DNA from: Pristiophorus japonicus
Taxonomy: Eukaryota
Direction: 5' to 3'
Assembly (NCBI RefSeq): GCF_044704955.1
Contig: NW_027252668.1
Coordinates: forward strand, 2,728,001-2,792,000
DNA: 64,000 bases
Part shown: in pieces, positions 63,366 to 64,000 of the stretch
Position numbering within the stretch: the stretch's first letter is position 1
Layout: the number at the start of each line of letters is the position of its first letter
Position numbers and translations under genes: made by a program
Notes under the pieces: generated by a model
Database searches by the model: none
The model's input: only the letters and a program-made list of their open reading frames with translations
Told to the model about the DNA's origin: nothing

Positions 63366-64000
63366 TTTTCTATATATCTGTCTCTGCTATGTGAAGGTGG
63401 GATTTTCCCTGTACATATGTCACTGGTATGTGAGGATGGGATTTTCTCTGTGCATATCTGTCCCTGGTATGTGATGGTGGGATGTTCCCTGTACATATCT
63501 GTCACTGGTGCGTGAGGTTGGGATTTTCCCTGTAGATATGCAGTCTCCGGTATTTGAGGGTGGGATTTTCCCTGAATATATCTGTCTCTGGTATGTGAGG
63601 GTGGGATTTGTCCTGTATGGAGCTGTCTCTGGTGTGTGAGGGTGGAAATTTCCCTGTATCTACCTGTCTCTGGTGTGTGAGGGTGGGATTTTCCCTGTAT
63701 ATATCTGTCTCTGGTATGTGAGGGCGAGATGTTCTCTCTGCATATGTCTCTGGTGTGCGGGAGTGGGATTTTCTCGATATATATCTGTCTCTGGTGTGTG
63801 AGGGTGGGATTTTCCCTGTATCGTTCTGTCTCTGGTGTGTCAGGGTGGGATTTATTCTCTATATATCTGTCTCTGCTATGTGAGGGTAGGATTTTTCTTG
63901 TACATATGTCACTGGTATGGAAGGATGGGATTTTCTCTGTGCATATCTGTCTCTGCTATGTGAGGGTGGGATTTTCCCTGTATATATCTGTCCCTGGTAT
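63366..64000 (+). repeat. 41-bp satellite, subfamily 4
   Basis: About 15 monomers of TGTGAGGGTGGGATTTTCCCTGTATATATCTGTCTCTGG. Confidence 0.92.

Overview
Vertebrate genomic DNA, most likely a cartilaginous fish (inferred from the CR1 LINE families and a SacSINE1-like DeuSINE). The window is a decaying replication-dependent histone gene cluster made of three related segmental units: A ~3.4-15 kb, B ~24.6-34.35 kb and C ~52.4-63.2 kb. The ancestral order is 41-bp satellite, NRF1 promoter/exon block, old CR1, H1(+), H4(+), H3(+), H2A(-), H2B(-), DeuSINE, H2A' remnant. Six histone ORFs are intact with canonical 3' stem-loops (H4 x2, H3, H2A, H2B, H1). The rest are pseudogenes, and the losses are complementary between units. 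The spacers hold many CR1 copies (one near full length, with a tandem-monomer 5' UTR and an SGNH-esterase ORF1), four subfamilies of a 40-41 bp satellite, four degenerate tRNA-Gly genes linked to H2B remnants, a solo LTR, a Gypsy LTR-gag fragment, Tx1-like fragments and an orphan bidirectional CpG-island promoter. A candidate cryptic spliced gene (MESPRPR/VETHPEGEDVRSFTKCIYCRHQ) travels with every unit. Repeat boundaries were read by eye and are approximate. Repeat family names come from recalled motifs, not database searches.
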